Source of the DNA: Paramecium tetraurelia
Taxonomy: Eukaryota
NCBI GenBank assembly: GCA_000165425.1
Contig: CT868318.1
Location: 647,067-711,066 of the forward strand
Direction: 5' to 3'
DNA: 64,000 nt
In this document: in pieces, positions 40,423-54,191 of the stretch
How positions within the stretch are numbered: position 1 is the first letter of the stretch
Layout: the number at the start of each line of letters is the position of its first letter
Translations under genes and position numbers: made by a program
Notes under the pieces: model-generated
Databases searched by the model: none
What the model saw: the letters and a program-made list of their open reading frames with translations, nothing else
What the model was told of the DNA's origin: nothing

Positions 40423-40941
40423 TCATATATCTACGGTCCAGGGATCTAATGCGTCTTCATTTACAGAGTGTATTCGAAATCGGGGCTGTCTATCAATTTA
40501 ATTAAGTTTTGGTCTGCAATATTTTTACAAATAAGTTCTTCTTAATTCGTTGAAATCAGAATTATCTGAAGAATCACAATAAATAGAATTATTTTAGGAT
40601 TTTTTGTTAATGATCAATGGTTTTTATAATTTAGGTTCATCAGTTGATTATGTTCGAATGTTAATTGTTTTCATAATGAAAATAGGTGGTTACAAACGCA
40701 TTGATGTATTAACAGATGAGCTTTCGTGAACAATTATATTTTTGGTTTTCTTTTGATACAACTTATTCAGGTTAAGGGGTATTTTTATTTATTTTTAAAG
40801 GCTTTAAGTAAAAGTTAAATCTGGAGTTTTCCTCCCAAAAGGATTGGTATTACAAGTCTGATAGTTTCTTCTTAAAGGCTCTCTTAAAGGGAATTTTTTG
40901 TATCTTAACAATGAGTCCAAAGGGCGATCGATAGAAAACAT
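40423..40941 (-). CDS. Hypothetical disordered protein
   Basis: MFSIDRPLDSLLRYKKFPLREPLRR...RFRIHSVNEDALDPWTVDI*. Confidence 0.65.
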
Positions 40942-41761
40942 ATGAATAATAATAATAATAAAATCAAAAATATAATTACTACTTATTTTTAGAGCAGAAC
41001 TGAATTTTTTTATTTATGATTGCTACTTAAGGTGCATTTCAACGTTATTTTGTTGATAAAGATTTGTAAAACCTTAAATATATAATAAAGATTTTTCACT
41101 ATTTTTTGTTATGGTAGTTTTTATATGTTTGATATTTACATTCCTTTTTTCCGATCATTAGAAATACAATTGACCAGATAAACATCAATTAGAATATAGC
41201 ATTATATATCTAGTCTTTAAACTTATCGAAAGATAATAGATCATTTTGAATAATTTATTTGAATTTAATATCAGGTATTTAGGAGGGTTTGGCTTATTTA
41301 TTTACAAATTCAATGATTATTATTATTAAATAACCATCTTTTTTGAGATATCATATAAATGTGATCCTATTTTTTAAAATAGTTTAAAATAATCTTTAAT
41401 ATAGCCTTTACCTCAAACATTTTATTATAGAACTCTAATGCTTTATTCATTTTAATTGATTGAGTGTTTAATTAAAGAATTTATATCATGTTTTCTAATG
41501 ATTTTTATGAATTTTATTTTATCCATAAAACTTGATTTTAACTGACAAACATTAATTGATAAAATTCAAATCTTTCATGAGAAATACAAAATTTAAAATT
41601 ATTTTCGATTGAATTAAAAATTATCAATTACAATCATTAGTAATTATTATCGAGTTGAATTTTATTAATTAAGTTATTCGTAAATTCTGAACGTTTCAAG
41701 TTTTAATAAAAAAATAAGCTAACTCATTTTTTATTTTCAAAAGTATAATATTCAGAATAGC

Positions 41762-42110
41762 AATGCAATAATTTTAATCCTTCTTGGGGATTTTTTAACT
41801 TCAACATAAGTTGTGTAACAATTATTTAAGAATAATTTTAGATTTTTGAATTAAAAAATGGATTAACTGGTATAATTAAATGGATCATTAACATTTTTAT
41901 ATATTTGAGATTAGGTTAAAGTATTTAAGATTTATAAAATAGTTTTCTTCTTTTTGTAGAGGTGCAATTATAAACCTTTTGGTGTATAGTTAGATAAAGG
42001 AAAAGATCTTCTATTGGCTCTTTTAGGATTTATGCATTAGAAACCTGCTGAGCAGAGATTTAATAAGTATTGAAATTGAATAATAGATAAAAAGGAATTA
42101 AGGAGAAATG
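41762..42110 (+). pseudogene. Decayed Rab-like small GTPase remnant
   Basis: One frame reads ILILLGDFLTST...NNF...VQLNGSLTFLYI*D, with TGA where the conserved IWD Trp lies. After a 22-nt intron-like segment it reads SSFCRGAIINLLVY. The P-loop GK(T/S) is lost. Confidence 0.5.
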
Positions 42111-42136
42111 ACAAAATTATGTTATATAAAATATTA

Positions 42137-42940
42137 ATGTAATTTAATTTTTTTTTTTTTCCAGCGCCTAAGCCTTAATACAATTAAGGGTCCTTTGGAA
42201 CTAATTTGATATTCATCAAAAGCAAAGATAGAAAAGTTCCTTGCTACATGATGAAAGGCAGTTCTAAAATTTGGATAATATATTTTCACGGAAATTCTCA
42301 AGATTTGTATATAGATTGATTAAAAGAATAGATATGGAGCATCTTAATTTATGTAATAATTAAAAGATGCCTCTGAAAAAGAATTCAATATATTAGCAAT
42401 AGAATATCCTGACTATGGCCTATATAAAGATGCAGAGCCTACTGAAGAAAATATTTAGTAAGATGCACTTGCTGCTTACGACTATATCGAGAACACATAA
42501 GAGAATGCAGAGATTTATTTAATGGGAAGGTAGAATTATTGGAAATAATTAGGTCAATGGGTACAGGTCCAGCTTGCTATTTGGCTAATCTCAATAAAGG
42601 AAAAGGTTTAATATTAATATCAGCATACGCTTCATTCAGCAAAATTGCACATGAATATGCGGGTATTTTTGGAGCACTAGTTAAAGATAGATTTTAGAAT
42701 GTGAATTATGCAAAAAACATAACAATTCCTACTCTCTTAATTCATGGCCTAGCTGACGATATCATTAAGTATACTTAAACAATCGAAATATATGATAAGT
42801 ATAATTTATGGTAGACTAGTTTGCGCTCGATTGTTAAGCCAATATATCTGAATCAGGACATGACTCATACTAAATACGATATGATCAAAGACATAAGTGA
42901 ACCATTAGAAGATTTCTTTAATTTAGTAACAAATAAATGA
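42137..42940 (+). CDS. Alpha/beta hydrolase, ABHD17/ABHD13-like
   Basis: FFPAP, IYFHGNSQDL, IEYPDYG, nucleophile elbow GRSMGTG, LIHGLADDII, MTH. Confidence 0.9.
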
Positions 42941-42962
42941 TCTAATATTATAATTTTATTTT

Positions 42963-43668
42963 ATGAGTTTGAAAAGGTAGGATGGCAGGAATCTCTAATA
43001 AATGAGAAATATCGAGTTTAAACTTGCCATTGATCTCTCTGTTGACGGATCTTGCTTATATAAATAAGGACTCACTGAGGTCATTTGTTTAGTCTAGGGA
43101 CCAAGAGCTGTAAATTATGATTTTATATCAGAAAACATAATCAGAATTGTTGCTAATTGAATATTCTGTTTCACCATTCAGCAACATAGAATCGAAGAGG
43201 AGTTCTAAATTTGATAAGGATTACTCAATGTTTGCTGAAAACCTTAAAGAATCCTTTGAAAATCTGATCATCTTGGATGAAAATGGGAAATCAGAAATCT
43301 CAATATCAGTTTGTGTCATCTAAAATGATGGAAGTTCTAAAAGTGCTGTTTTCAATGCAATCACTTTGGCATTATTGGATGCTGGTGTTTCCATGAAGGA
43401 CTTTCTAGTCTCAGTCACAGTAGGTCTAGACCAGGGCAATTTAATCGTAGATCTGACGTAAGAAGAAAGTAAAACAGCTCAAGGGGAACTTACTATATCA
43501 TATTAATCGAGAAAATAGAAAATTGACTTCTATGAATTAAAAACATTAAAATTATAATAGTAGGAGATGGATTAATTAAGTAAACTAGCTGTATCCAAAG
43601 CAGATGAAATCTATCAGTGGATGAAGGAAGAAATTTATTAAATCAAACAAAAATAGATAGATTAATGA
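42963..43668 (+). CDS. RRP41: Exosome RNase PH-ring subunit, Rrp41-like
   Basis: RQDGRNLQQMR, DGSCLYKQGLTEVICLVQGPR, YSVSPFS, VIQNDG, NAITLALLDAGVSMKD, VDLTQEE. Confidence 0.85.
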
Positions 43669-43704
43669 ATAATTGTGTATTTGATATAATTAAATATAAT
43701 TATT

Positions 43705-44175
43705 ATGCAATAAGCAATCCCCAGTTTAACTCCTGAAATCAAGCAAAGACTTGAAGAATAGGGATTTTAACCATTCCAATATAGACCATTACCTGGTTAT
43801 GCAAATCCCCATACTCTCTCATGTACAAACCTCATTTTTAATAAGATTGGCTGACAAATGCTGGCCTTGGTGTTCTTTGTCTAATTGGAAGACATTATGC
43901 TTCCTAATAATAATCAATCAGAATTTTATGGTCTACAGCTGCTGTAGCAATTCCTCTTTATGCCATAGGCACCAATGCAAAATTAGACGGCTTAAGATAA
44001 AATAATTTTTACAGGTTTTATAAATCATACATTTCTTAGAAAAACTTTAGAAGATAGACTTGAATTACATCCATTGACTAGAAGAGCTTGGGAGAGAGCT
44101 ATAGAAACTAATAAAGGATATTAAGATTAATTAAGGGAATAAATAGCTACTTTAGAGGCTGAATTGAGAAAATGA
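43705..44175 (+). CDS. Small protein with 2 predicted TM helices and a C-terminal coiled coil; 2 introns
   Basis: MQQAIPSLTPEIKQRLEEQGFQPFQYRPLPGYANPHTLSYWLTNAGLGVLCLIG...ILWSTAAVAIPLYAIG...LELHPLTRRAWERA. Confidence 0.85.
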
Positions 44176-44626
44176 TAAATCAAAGCAAATAAAATATTAT
44201 TATTAATAATAATATCTATAAAATTTAAATTCACATCAACAAATATTGAAATTCCTTCATTAAATTTAAGCATCTCCTTTATATTAAATAATTTACTACC
44301 CTTAATTATATAATATCAATTATCCAACTTGTAAATTTAATTTAATTATAAACACACTAATGGACCATTAAACTAAATAAAGTTCATATTAGTCCTTATA
44401 TATAGTTCTATTTAAATTATTATTACTTATTCATATTCAATTTTCATTGATTTAATTAATTGATTCAATTTCACTTTAAGTATGTCAAGATAGCAATAGA
44501 ATCCAAGCTTTCTACAAGGTTATGTAACTTCAAAATTGAATTCTCATTTTATCTGATTAAATTCAATATAGAGCTTTAATTTGATATAAAATAATATTAA
44601 CCATAAAAACTGAGAAAAATCCTTAA

Positions 44627-45126
44627 ATGTTCTAAACAATACACAAGCTGCTGCCAAATTTATACCACAATCATGAGTACATTCCCGCAAAAATAGAAAT
44701 TGATAAATTGACATAGTTGGAAACAGTATTTGACAATCTAATGACTAGTGTATGAAGGAATTAAAAATTATTCAAACAAATTAAGAAATATATGCCAAAT
44801 AAATTATACGCCGATAATCAATAGAAAGATATAAGTAAAAAAAACGATTTGGAAATGCGTTTAAGATATATTAGATACGTAAAGTTATTGCGGAGAGGAG
44901 ATTAAGAATAAATGGGTAATTTTTAACTTAAAGTGAATCTGAGAAGGTTTTGTTAGCTAGGAATATTCTGGGAAAAAACAATGTTCAAATAAAAAACAAT
45001 AATGTGAAAATCAAAATTTCGAATGAAAGGCGGAAGGAAAACCTTATAAAATTTATTGATAAATTAATGCCTAATTAAATTTTATAGAAAATATAGAATA
45101 AATAAAGAATATTCAAAATTAAATGA
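44627..45126 (+). CDS. CCT-motif (CONSTANS/CO-like/TOC1) protein; 1 intron
   Basis: RRQSIERYKQKKRFGNAFKIYQIRKVIAERRLRINGQF. The 23-nt intron gtatttgacaatctaatgactag joins it to MFQTIHKLLP. Confidence 0.75.
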
Positions 45127-46019
45127 GTTTCTATTTTTTCATAACTAAAATTAACAAACTATAATCCTTAACTATATAAAATTTATACATATTAATTCCT
45201 TTTATCCATAAATTAAATTTAAAATAAGGCTAGTTAAATATTTCGTATTTTAAAGCCTTTAATGCAATAACAAATTGAAATTAAATATCTCAAAATTAAA
45301 ATTCAATTGCACTTAATTATCGTCATTAAAAGATGATCTTATTTAATGCTATAAATAACAGACCTTGTATTATTTAGACAAATCACTCTATGATTTCGGG
45401 AGTAAATGTTAATCAATTAAGCACTTTGAATAAATTACTAAATATTATGAAAATATTCTCAAAGTTACAGATATTATTAAAGTTATAGAAATTGATTAAT
45501 ATTAAAGTGAATAATGTGGATATTACAATTACTTAAACAAGCTCTATTGTATTAATAATAATAAGTTATAGGTAAGGTTATATATTTTTATAATTAGGGA
45601 TTTTTATTATGAATATATTAGAAAAGTACTTTTTTTAAAGCTATTAAATAATTAATTAAAAAACTTAATTTTTATATTAAGATTAATTGTTGCAATCATA
45701 AGACTCATTTAATCCAATAATATGGCACAATTAATTGTTTCTTAAATCTTATACACATCAAATATTCAGATTAAATGATGTGAAAAATGTTTATCTAAAA
45801 ATACGAAAATGCAGTGTTGAGTGTTTCAAAAAATTAAATTGCTAATATTAAAATCTTATACAATTATGATGAATTTTAATATTATTATATTTAATTTCCA
45901 AACTATTTATTTTTGTGTGTTGTATGTTTGATACATTTTTATTTTAAGACCTGGATTCAAAACATTATAAAGCTAAACCTCATTAATAATTTCAAACATC
46001 TTAGAAAACAAAAAAAAAT

Positions 46020-46570
46020 CACGAGATTAGCATTCCAAAAATAATAGAAATCCTTGTATTCTAAATGATTGATTTGCATTAGGAAAGGACCATTACTTAA
46101 AGTATCGACATTATTAAGTTTTATTATAAAGACTTGAAGAGTATTCTAATCAACTTGAATTATTATTACATTTTATTAGAAGTTAACTGATAATTATTAA
46201 TTATATTTATCCTATCTAGATAATATTTTCATCTATATATTAAAGGATTATTCCTTGAATTTAATCCAAAACTTCCTCAAAGCACATAATAGTTGATTAT
46301 TTTAATTTTTAAAGAAGTTTAGATTGAAGTATAATTCTGTAGTTTTAATAGGGCTAATTTAAAAATAGTATAATAGAGTTTTACAAAAATAGAATCAAAA
46401 GAAATAATAATTGTTTGTTTGCAATTTAGAAAATTTCAAAGAGATGAATAAACTTTGAATACATCAGTCTTAAGATAAAATCGTGGAGTTTATGTTAATT
46501 CTAAAATAGGAAATGATATTAAAGGAAAGAATGAAAAGTTAAGTTCATTAAAAACAGGTTGCTGTAATGA
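46020..46570 (+). pseudogene. Possible heavily decayed Rab-like remnant
   Basis: FQMIDLHQERTITQS...FYYKD..SILI resembles LQIWDTAGQERFRTIT.YYKGA.GIL. A downstream KTGCC resembles a Rab prenylation tail. Confidence 0.3.
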
Positions 46571-47176
46571 ATAAAATTAACATATATTTCCAAATCTTAT
46601 TTTTTCTTCTTTAACTTAATTATGTAGTATCCTTCTTTTCTAATTTCTAGTTTTTAATATGCATCATTCATATTTTATATTATGCTTCAATATGAATAAA
46701 AATATTTTTTTTCAATAGTAATCATTTTAGCCTTTGAGTTATTATAAGATTATTAATGTTGTAAATTGATATTCTATTATTGATTAGAAAGTTCCAGTAA
46801 ATAAAAATTTTAAGTTTTTTTAAAAAATAAAGAGTGTAATTGAAGTTGAAAATGTTTCATAAAGACTTTTGATATTTAATTATCATTTTTAAATTCTTAA
46901 TGACCAGAAAATTGAAGTCATATTTTATAATCCAATCAATAAATATTATTGTAAATTCTACCTACAGCTAATTAATATTTTATATAAAATACTTGGAAAA
47001 GCATAGGATTTAAAAATCTATTATTCCAATTTCCTTCATTTGTTCTTTAAAAATCAAAAATTTGAGATATTTTAATAATTAAAATTAATTTGTTCTGAGC
47101 TAAATATTTCGTATTCCAAAATGCCCATTTAAAGACTTATTTTGCAAATTTAGAATAAAAGGAGATATCATTTATA

Positions 47177-47326
47177 NNNNNNNNNNNNNNNNNNNNNNNN
47201 NNNNNNNNNNNNNNNNNNNNNNNNNNNNNNNNNNNNNNNNNNNNNNNNNNNNNNNNNNNNNNNNNNNNNNNNNNNNNNNNNNNNNNNNNNNNNNNNNNNN
47301 NNNNNNNNNNNNNNNNNNNNNNNNNN
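47177..47326. other. Assembly gap (150 N)
   Basis: Run of N. Confidence 1.
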
Positions 47327-47854
47327 AATAATAAAGGCCTCCTTTATCCCATATTCTTTTATAGCCTAATTAAGAAATATTTGCATAATTTCCTTACCTG
47401 TCAACAGTTACTGATGTTTAATTAATTTCTAGAATTTAGAAATTATATGATTTAAAATTTTCATTGAAACAAAGATATTTAGTTTGACAAAATTAAATTG
47501 TAATTCCTTAGCGTAGGATTAAGAAACTCCTCATTTGATTGGTGTGGAAGAGCAACCTGAATAACATAAAGAGAGTATGAGAAATCTTAATATTAAATAT
47601 CGATTTCTCAATTTAAATTAAATAGTAAATAAAAATCGGTTATAGTTATTATTATCACAAATTTTCTTAATCGACAAAAAATATTTATATATATATCAAA
47701 AGATCAGTTTTATAGGACAGCTATTATTTGTTGAATTTTTATCATAAGAAGGATGAATTTCAAATAAAAAATTAATTAAATATCATAGCTCTAATTCATT
47801 AGAAATATATACTAATTAAAAGATTGTAAGATATAAAATGTATTAATTTTATTG

Positions 47855-47887
47855 CTAAGACTTTTCTAAGACTTTTCTAAAACTTTT
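47855..47887. repeat. 11-bp tandem repeat (CTAAGACTTTT) x3
   Basis: ctaagactttt ctaagactttt ctaaaactttt. Confidence 0.85.
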
Positions 47888-47938
47888 TATTTTAAGAGTA
47901 TATATGTTAATTTTAAATATAAAATACTATTGTTCATT

Positions 47939-50900
47939 TCAATTTATTTTGAAAGTATAAAAGAGAGACTAAATATTTATTTTTTTCATCTCCTCTTTTC
48001 TTTCCCTTAAATAGTTTTCAATTTTATTATAAACATGCCTTAGTTGTTTTAGAATTGGTCCAAATATACTAATAAGTAAAATTCCAATTAAAAAAAAGCC
48101 TATTGATAGTTTTGTATTTTGATTTAAATACTATGAAAAGTCCAAGGAAAATGCTGCAATCATGAAAGTAAACAGCATTATTGGAAATTCATTCAAAAAG
48201 ATAATTATAAATTCAAATTTTGAATTAGCTAATTAAAAAAACCATATAATTTCAATAAATAGTAATTAGGAAAAGGATAATAATAAACACTAAAGCAGTG
48301 GTTAGACTTGAACCTTGATTAATATTAATAGAAATACAAACTTTTTTAATAATATAATCGACTCAAGCTATTATTCCTTAATATTTTTAATTCTTATTAA
48401 TTTTGTTTCCCTTTAAAATAATTTAAATATACAGTTTATCACTATCATAAAAAACATTAAACAAATTCCAAATGATATTTCTGATCTCATGTTAAATTAT
48501 ACATTTGAGTCTAAAAAAAGAAGAATTTTGAAAATTAGGTCAAAACTATTGCTTTGAAAAAAAAAAATGAATTGTTAACTTAATTTTATCCGAACTAATT
48601 TATGAATGCTTCTGTATAAATAATAAAATTTAATTGCCATTTAATCTACTATTTTGCAATTTATAATTCCAAGATTATAAAAGGATCTAGCTGTAAAACA
48701 ATTATTGTTTGTTAAAGAAATATAAAACATCACTAACCAATAGCCAAAGAAAATCGCTAAAATTTAGGCTACCTATCCATAAATATTGCTCAATAAATCG
48801 GCATTGAGTTAATATTGATAAAATTTGCCGTGACTTTGAACCTTTTCTTCATAAATAAATAAATTTAATGTTTCTACTATTCTAAAATTTATCATAATAT
48901 TTTATAATTGTACAAAATCTGATGATTAAAAATAAATATACAGATTTTAAGGAAATTCCACATTTATGAACTTAAGGTAAGATTGATATTATAAAATATC
49001 AAGAATTTCTAAGAATTATGCTAATTATCCAAATATTAATAAAAATACTCCAAATCCAGTTAGTCCCATCATGATGCTCTAACCAAAAAGAGTAAGTTTT
49101 TCTGTATTTAGCATTTATACTACACCCATAACTTAAGGTATTCTGAGTGCAATATCAGAAGAACTTGAAGGAACTAGGATATCGTTCTCATCCAATAATA
49201 CAGTACTTATAGAGACTGTCAGCGTAGGTGTATTTTCTAACTTTTCAAGAAAAGTGATTTTAATAATATAGTTAATATCTCTTACTAAGTCAAAAATGAT
49301 TTCAGTTACAGGTTCAATACTTAGATTATATTAATCTGAATTCAAATCTTAGATAAATATAGAAGCTTAATCAATGAAAATTTGATTAGATTGATTCAAC
49401 TTAACTTTTTTTGAATATGTTAAACTTAGATATTCAGTATTATATGATTGATTGAGGAAATTTAGAGATAACTACGTTATTTTATAACATTGACTAAATT
49501 GATCGTTTGGAATATGGCAATCCCAACCTTATTCAATATTGTAGTTTTCTGAACATCCATCATTATTTAAAGAGTTTCCATCATCACAAAATTCACCTTT
49601 TTATATTATTCCATTACCATATTGAATACATTACTCATCCTTAAGTGTTGAGAATTTATCACAAGATTAACATTTCCCTTCTAAACAAATTAAACATCCC
49701 TAACTACAAATTTAATCTAATTATTCTATTATTATTGTAGTATCATTTATTATCGGTTCTTATGGTTTTATGTACTCAAAGCATTTTCCTTTTATACATT
49801 TTTAACAATTAATTTCACACTGAAATTAGCAATCATAGCATCCATCATTAGAAATTTGATTTCCATCATCACACTCCTCCAACCCTTCAACTATATATAA
49901 ATCTCCACATATAGGTCTACATCCTTTTTGTATGAGTTCAAAGTGATCCTAACAATATAGACACTCATTTTGATCGATACAATAAAGACAATATGGACTG
50001 CATTCAAATAAACATAAAAAACAACCATCTCCATCAATTTAATTACCGTCATCGCATTATTCACTTGACTAAATTGCTATTAAACCATCACCGCATATTT
50101 GTTAACAACTGTTATTGATTAATAACCATCCATCAAGACAAATTAAGCATATTCCATTTACACAATTAAAACATTCTAATTAACAACTTTATTAACATTT
50201 ATAACATCCATCTTATTGTATATTGTTCGAATCGTCACAAATTTCTAAATTTTAAACAATTCCATCACCACAGTTTGGGACACATTATTTATGATTTATG
50301 CCCAATGCATATCCATTTTCGCATTATAAACAAATTTCTTAATCAATTTAATTACATTGATCAATCTAATTAAAATTTATTTAATTTATTAAATAAATTA
50401 TATTTTCGATAAAAGTTTCATAAATTTATTATGCAACTAATTATTCAATAAAAACCTTTTAATATATTAATTCTTAGGCTAAAGTAGTTCTTTATAAATA
50501 ACAACCAAAATTTTCAATAATTCTGCCTACTTCTGAATCATAACAAGCCATTACACATTCGTCATTTTATAAAATAAGATTTGGTTTGCAGTTTTGAAAC
50601 ACCTAAATAGAATGAAAAGCTTACATTTTATAATTCTTATTATTTTGATTGGCCTTATTGAAGGCATAATCCAAATTAGCATATATCACAATCTAATGGA
50701 CATGAAAATTTGCAATTATTACATCCATCATAAGGAATCTAGTTTCCATCATCACATTCCTCTTACGATATCAAAATACGATCTCCACAAATTGGAGAGC
50801 AGTTCCCATTATCATAATGCCATCCGTTTTAACAATTAATACAAACTCCATTTATACAATTTATACAACCTTCAACACAATCATAATTGAAAGAAAAGCA

Positions 50901-52113
50901 TCCATCAAAAGGGTATATGTTTTGATCATCACAAATATGGAAAGAAGGTTATCTAACAAAAAGTTGAAAATCTCGAATTCCAAACCATGGAGCCCAAGGG
51001 GTATAAACTGAACTCGTTGTAGTCAATATTGTGATTTTAATTGAAGGATTGGTATGAGCATACTTGATAATATTAGCATTTTTTTGTGTGTAATGATACC
51101 AGAATCCATCATAAACTGTAGCAGGGTTATCATAACCTACCCATTACTATGTATATGACCAGTTTTGTACAATAATGTCATCTATTTTAAGAGTAATGGT
51201 GGTCGAACCAGAATTGAAAATCATAATTTTTAATTTCAAACTAATAGCAACATGGTTTGGTAAGGAAATTGATTTTTCAAATGATGATCCCTAAGATTGA
51301 TGGTAGTAGAGGTCTATTTTATTTGATTAATTTACCATGGCAAAAATCTAAGACAGTTGAAGCTGTTCCTGAATATTTCCATTAATCTGAAATATCTAAC
51401 GACCCCAAGTAAATTGAAGTGAATGATTCCTTAAACAGCCACTAATCCAACAAACCATTAAAATCAAAAAATTGAATCTTGGTATTAGTATTGACTTCTT
51501 CTATCTTTAAAATAAATTCTGAAATTCCCCATCTTCCATTTTCGGCTAACATTACTATTTATATAGAAGGGCGATCATGCACAATAGTCTTTGATATGAA
51601 AGTAACTTCGTCATTTTATGAAGTACCGCAAATATCTGTTGCACTTGAAGAACAAGATAAAATTTGATTATAAATGATTTCATTATCTACATAAATTAGA
51701 AAAGTATTGCTATTCCAGTTATCAATTCTAAAATTAATTAAATAATACTTCCAATGTTTAAACTCAATCGAAACTTTTTCATGAGGACCTAAACCAAACG
51801 ATTTTTGAACTAAAACATTGTATTGTGTGCCAAAATTATCAATATAAAAAATGTTTGAAGATCCACAAGCATTAATTCCATACTGATAAGGGGTAGTTTC
51901 ACTTATGCCAATCCAATCTATTATTTTACTAATATACTACTATTATTTTAGATGTAGGGGTTATCAAAAAAACTCTCATATACCTCTTTTGTCGATTTCC
52001 ATTGCTTATCAGCAGTGTCAGTATTACTAATTTCAGCATTAGTATTCCCTTCTACAATCCTATTTAATTGAAATTCACAAAAGAAAAAACAAATTCATCC
52101 CTGACTCCATCAT
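47939..52113 (-). CDS. Large cell-surface protein with Cys-rich CGDG..ECDDGN..DGC repeats and a multi-TM C-terminus; start codon uncertain
   Basis: Five CGD/ECDDxN repeats interleaved with CxxC repeats. LDILQYQSYLKFINVEFPQNL precedes several TM helices. The C-terminal frame was traced to the TGA at 47939-47941. Confidence 0.88.
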
Positions 52114-52343
52114 AAGTTTAATACATTTAAAATTATATTAAAATTTTAAATAAGATCCAAATTTAAGAAGAATAATTTATAATCTTGACATATTTTAATA
52201 TACGAAGATAAGCCTTTGAGAAATAGTTAGTGATTTTTTATTTAATCTAAAAAATTTTTATTTTGCCTACTTGAGGGTGGAAAATTGAATTTTTATATTT
52301 TGATTATTAATAATAAAATTCAAATTTTTAACATAATATAAAG

Positions 52344-53204
52344 ATGAAAGTGATTCAAAATCCAACTTAGTATTTTTTTGAATAGTCTAATAATCCACCA
52401 GATGAATATCTCAATAAGATTAATGCCTTCATCGGAAAATTGATAAATCAAAAATAGTGTCTATTATGCAAATAGGACTATAACATCAAAGATAGATTAC
52501 CTAGAATACTTATTCATTGTGGGCACACTATATGCACATAATGTCTAGGTAATTTTTATAGGTTAGTTCAATATATCTATGAATAGAAACAAAAGAGTTC
52601 GATGTCCACTCTGTTTGAAATTAGTTAAACATCTTGATTCAATAGATAGATTACCTGTATAAATTTAGTATTAAAATAGATTAATCATACAATCTTTACA
52701 AAGATGGCTGAAGAGATTAATAAGAAGAGTAGATTTCATGGAGGAACTGATGTGATAGATCCATAATAATATTTATTCACATAATTTTAATAATCAGCAG
52801 TCTAAGCATAGAAAATAAGATAACAACAACAAAACCAATATCCTTAGATTGACCCTGATTCAGGACTTGAATACTGTGAATTTCATAATGACAGGGTAAA
52901 ACATTTCTTTTGCATGAAACATAAAGTCACTTGTTGCAGAGCTTGTTCTGAAATGATTCATTAAAAGAAAGTAATCATTATTTAAATCTTGAAGGATTGC
53001 ATAGTTGTAGATCTTTATGAAATTGAGGATGTTCCAGCCTTCTTGAATGAAGCCTACAAGTTAAATCAAGAAAAAAATTGTGAAAATCAAAATATTGAAT
53101 TCTTACCAGGTATTCTTTTCTTTTTATTAGATGATGATAATAATGTTAATGATGATTATTTAGAGGATGAGTTTGCTCAAAATGAAAGTCTATAAAGCAT
53201 ATGA
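52344..53204 (+). CDS. RING-finger plus B-box (TRIM-like) protein
   Basis: CLLC...PRILIHCGHTICTQC...CPLC. B-box CEFHNDRVKHFFCMKHKVTCCRACSEMIH. Confidence 0.9.
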
Positions 53205-53225
53205 ATATAATTAACTATAAATTTA

Positions 53226-53725
53226 TCATGGATACTAGAATTAAGGAGCTAAGCTTTGTTATTAAACAGTATTTATAAATTCTTGTACTCTATTTTATAC
53301 ATAATTGGCATCTTATCTTATTGTTTTTTATATTTCTAATTCTATTTGACCAACAACTTATTGCTAATAAAAAACATCTTTCTTTAGAACACATCCTAAC
53401 AATTCTTCGCTAGTTAGAGTTGTTTCAGCTATTAATTCTGGTTCTACTCTTGAATTAAACTTGTAGTATATATAAATTTATACATCTAGTATTTATAATT
53501 TTATATTCTCTCCAGTGTCAACTTCAATTAATTCTGTGTCATTCCATATAGGGTTCTTTTCGGCAGCTTTACTAATCGATGAACGATATTATTATTTTTG
53601 GGTGATTATTTTTACAAATGGATTCTAATCATCACAAATATAAATAGTACCATTTTGCTAAACAATTTTGTAGATCTAGTTAGATTCGCGCCTTTTATTA
53701 CTATTTTTCTTTTTCTATCATCCAT
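53226..53725 (-). CDS. Single C2-domain protein; 2 introns
   Basis: IVIKGANLTRSTKLFSKMNPFVKI...KNPIWND...KLQILD...VVGQIELEI. Confidence 0.8.
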
Positions 53726-54191
53726 TTAAATGTTGTTTATATATTTAATATTATATTAATTAATTTCTTATTCCTAACTTTTCAAATTTTATTCTTCTTC
53801 ATACTAAAGAACTCTCAGTTGGTTTTAACATTCCTTTCAAATTTTTGCTCCCCTTATTTCTATCAACCTCATAAAAAAACATATGAAAATAGAAATTATT
53901 TCTGTTTTATATATAAGAATAAGCTAGCTCTTCTATAACATGAATTATTTTTTTATATCAAATGATTTTCTAGCATACTTGAATACTTATACCAAAGATA
54001 TTGTTTATTAAAATTGAATTTTTACTCAGCTTAAGCAGAAGGATGTAGTTTAATAAAGAAAATCATTTTTTAGAGCCTTCAACTTCAATTCTTAATTAAA
54101 AGTGGTTCTTATATAAAATCACAAATCAGAATATGTTGATCACAAAGGAGTTATCTTAATATATTTATATCGTTTATATGATTAATAATTG

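Noticed and set aside
53760..54160. Possible gene between the C2 gene and DNAL1
   Set aside because: TGA stops interrupt the frames examined and there is no identifiable homology.
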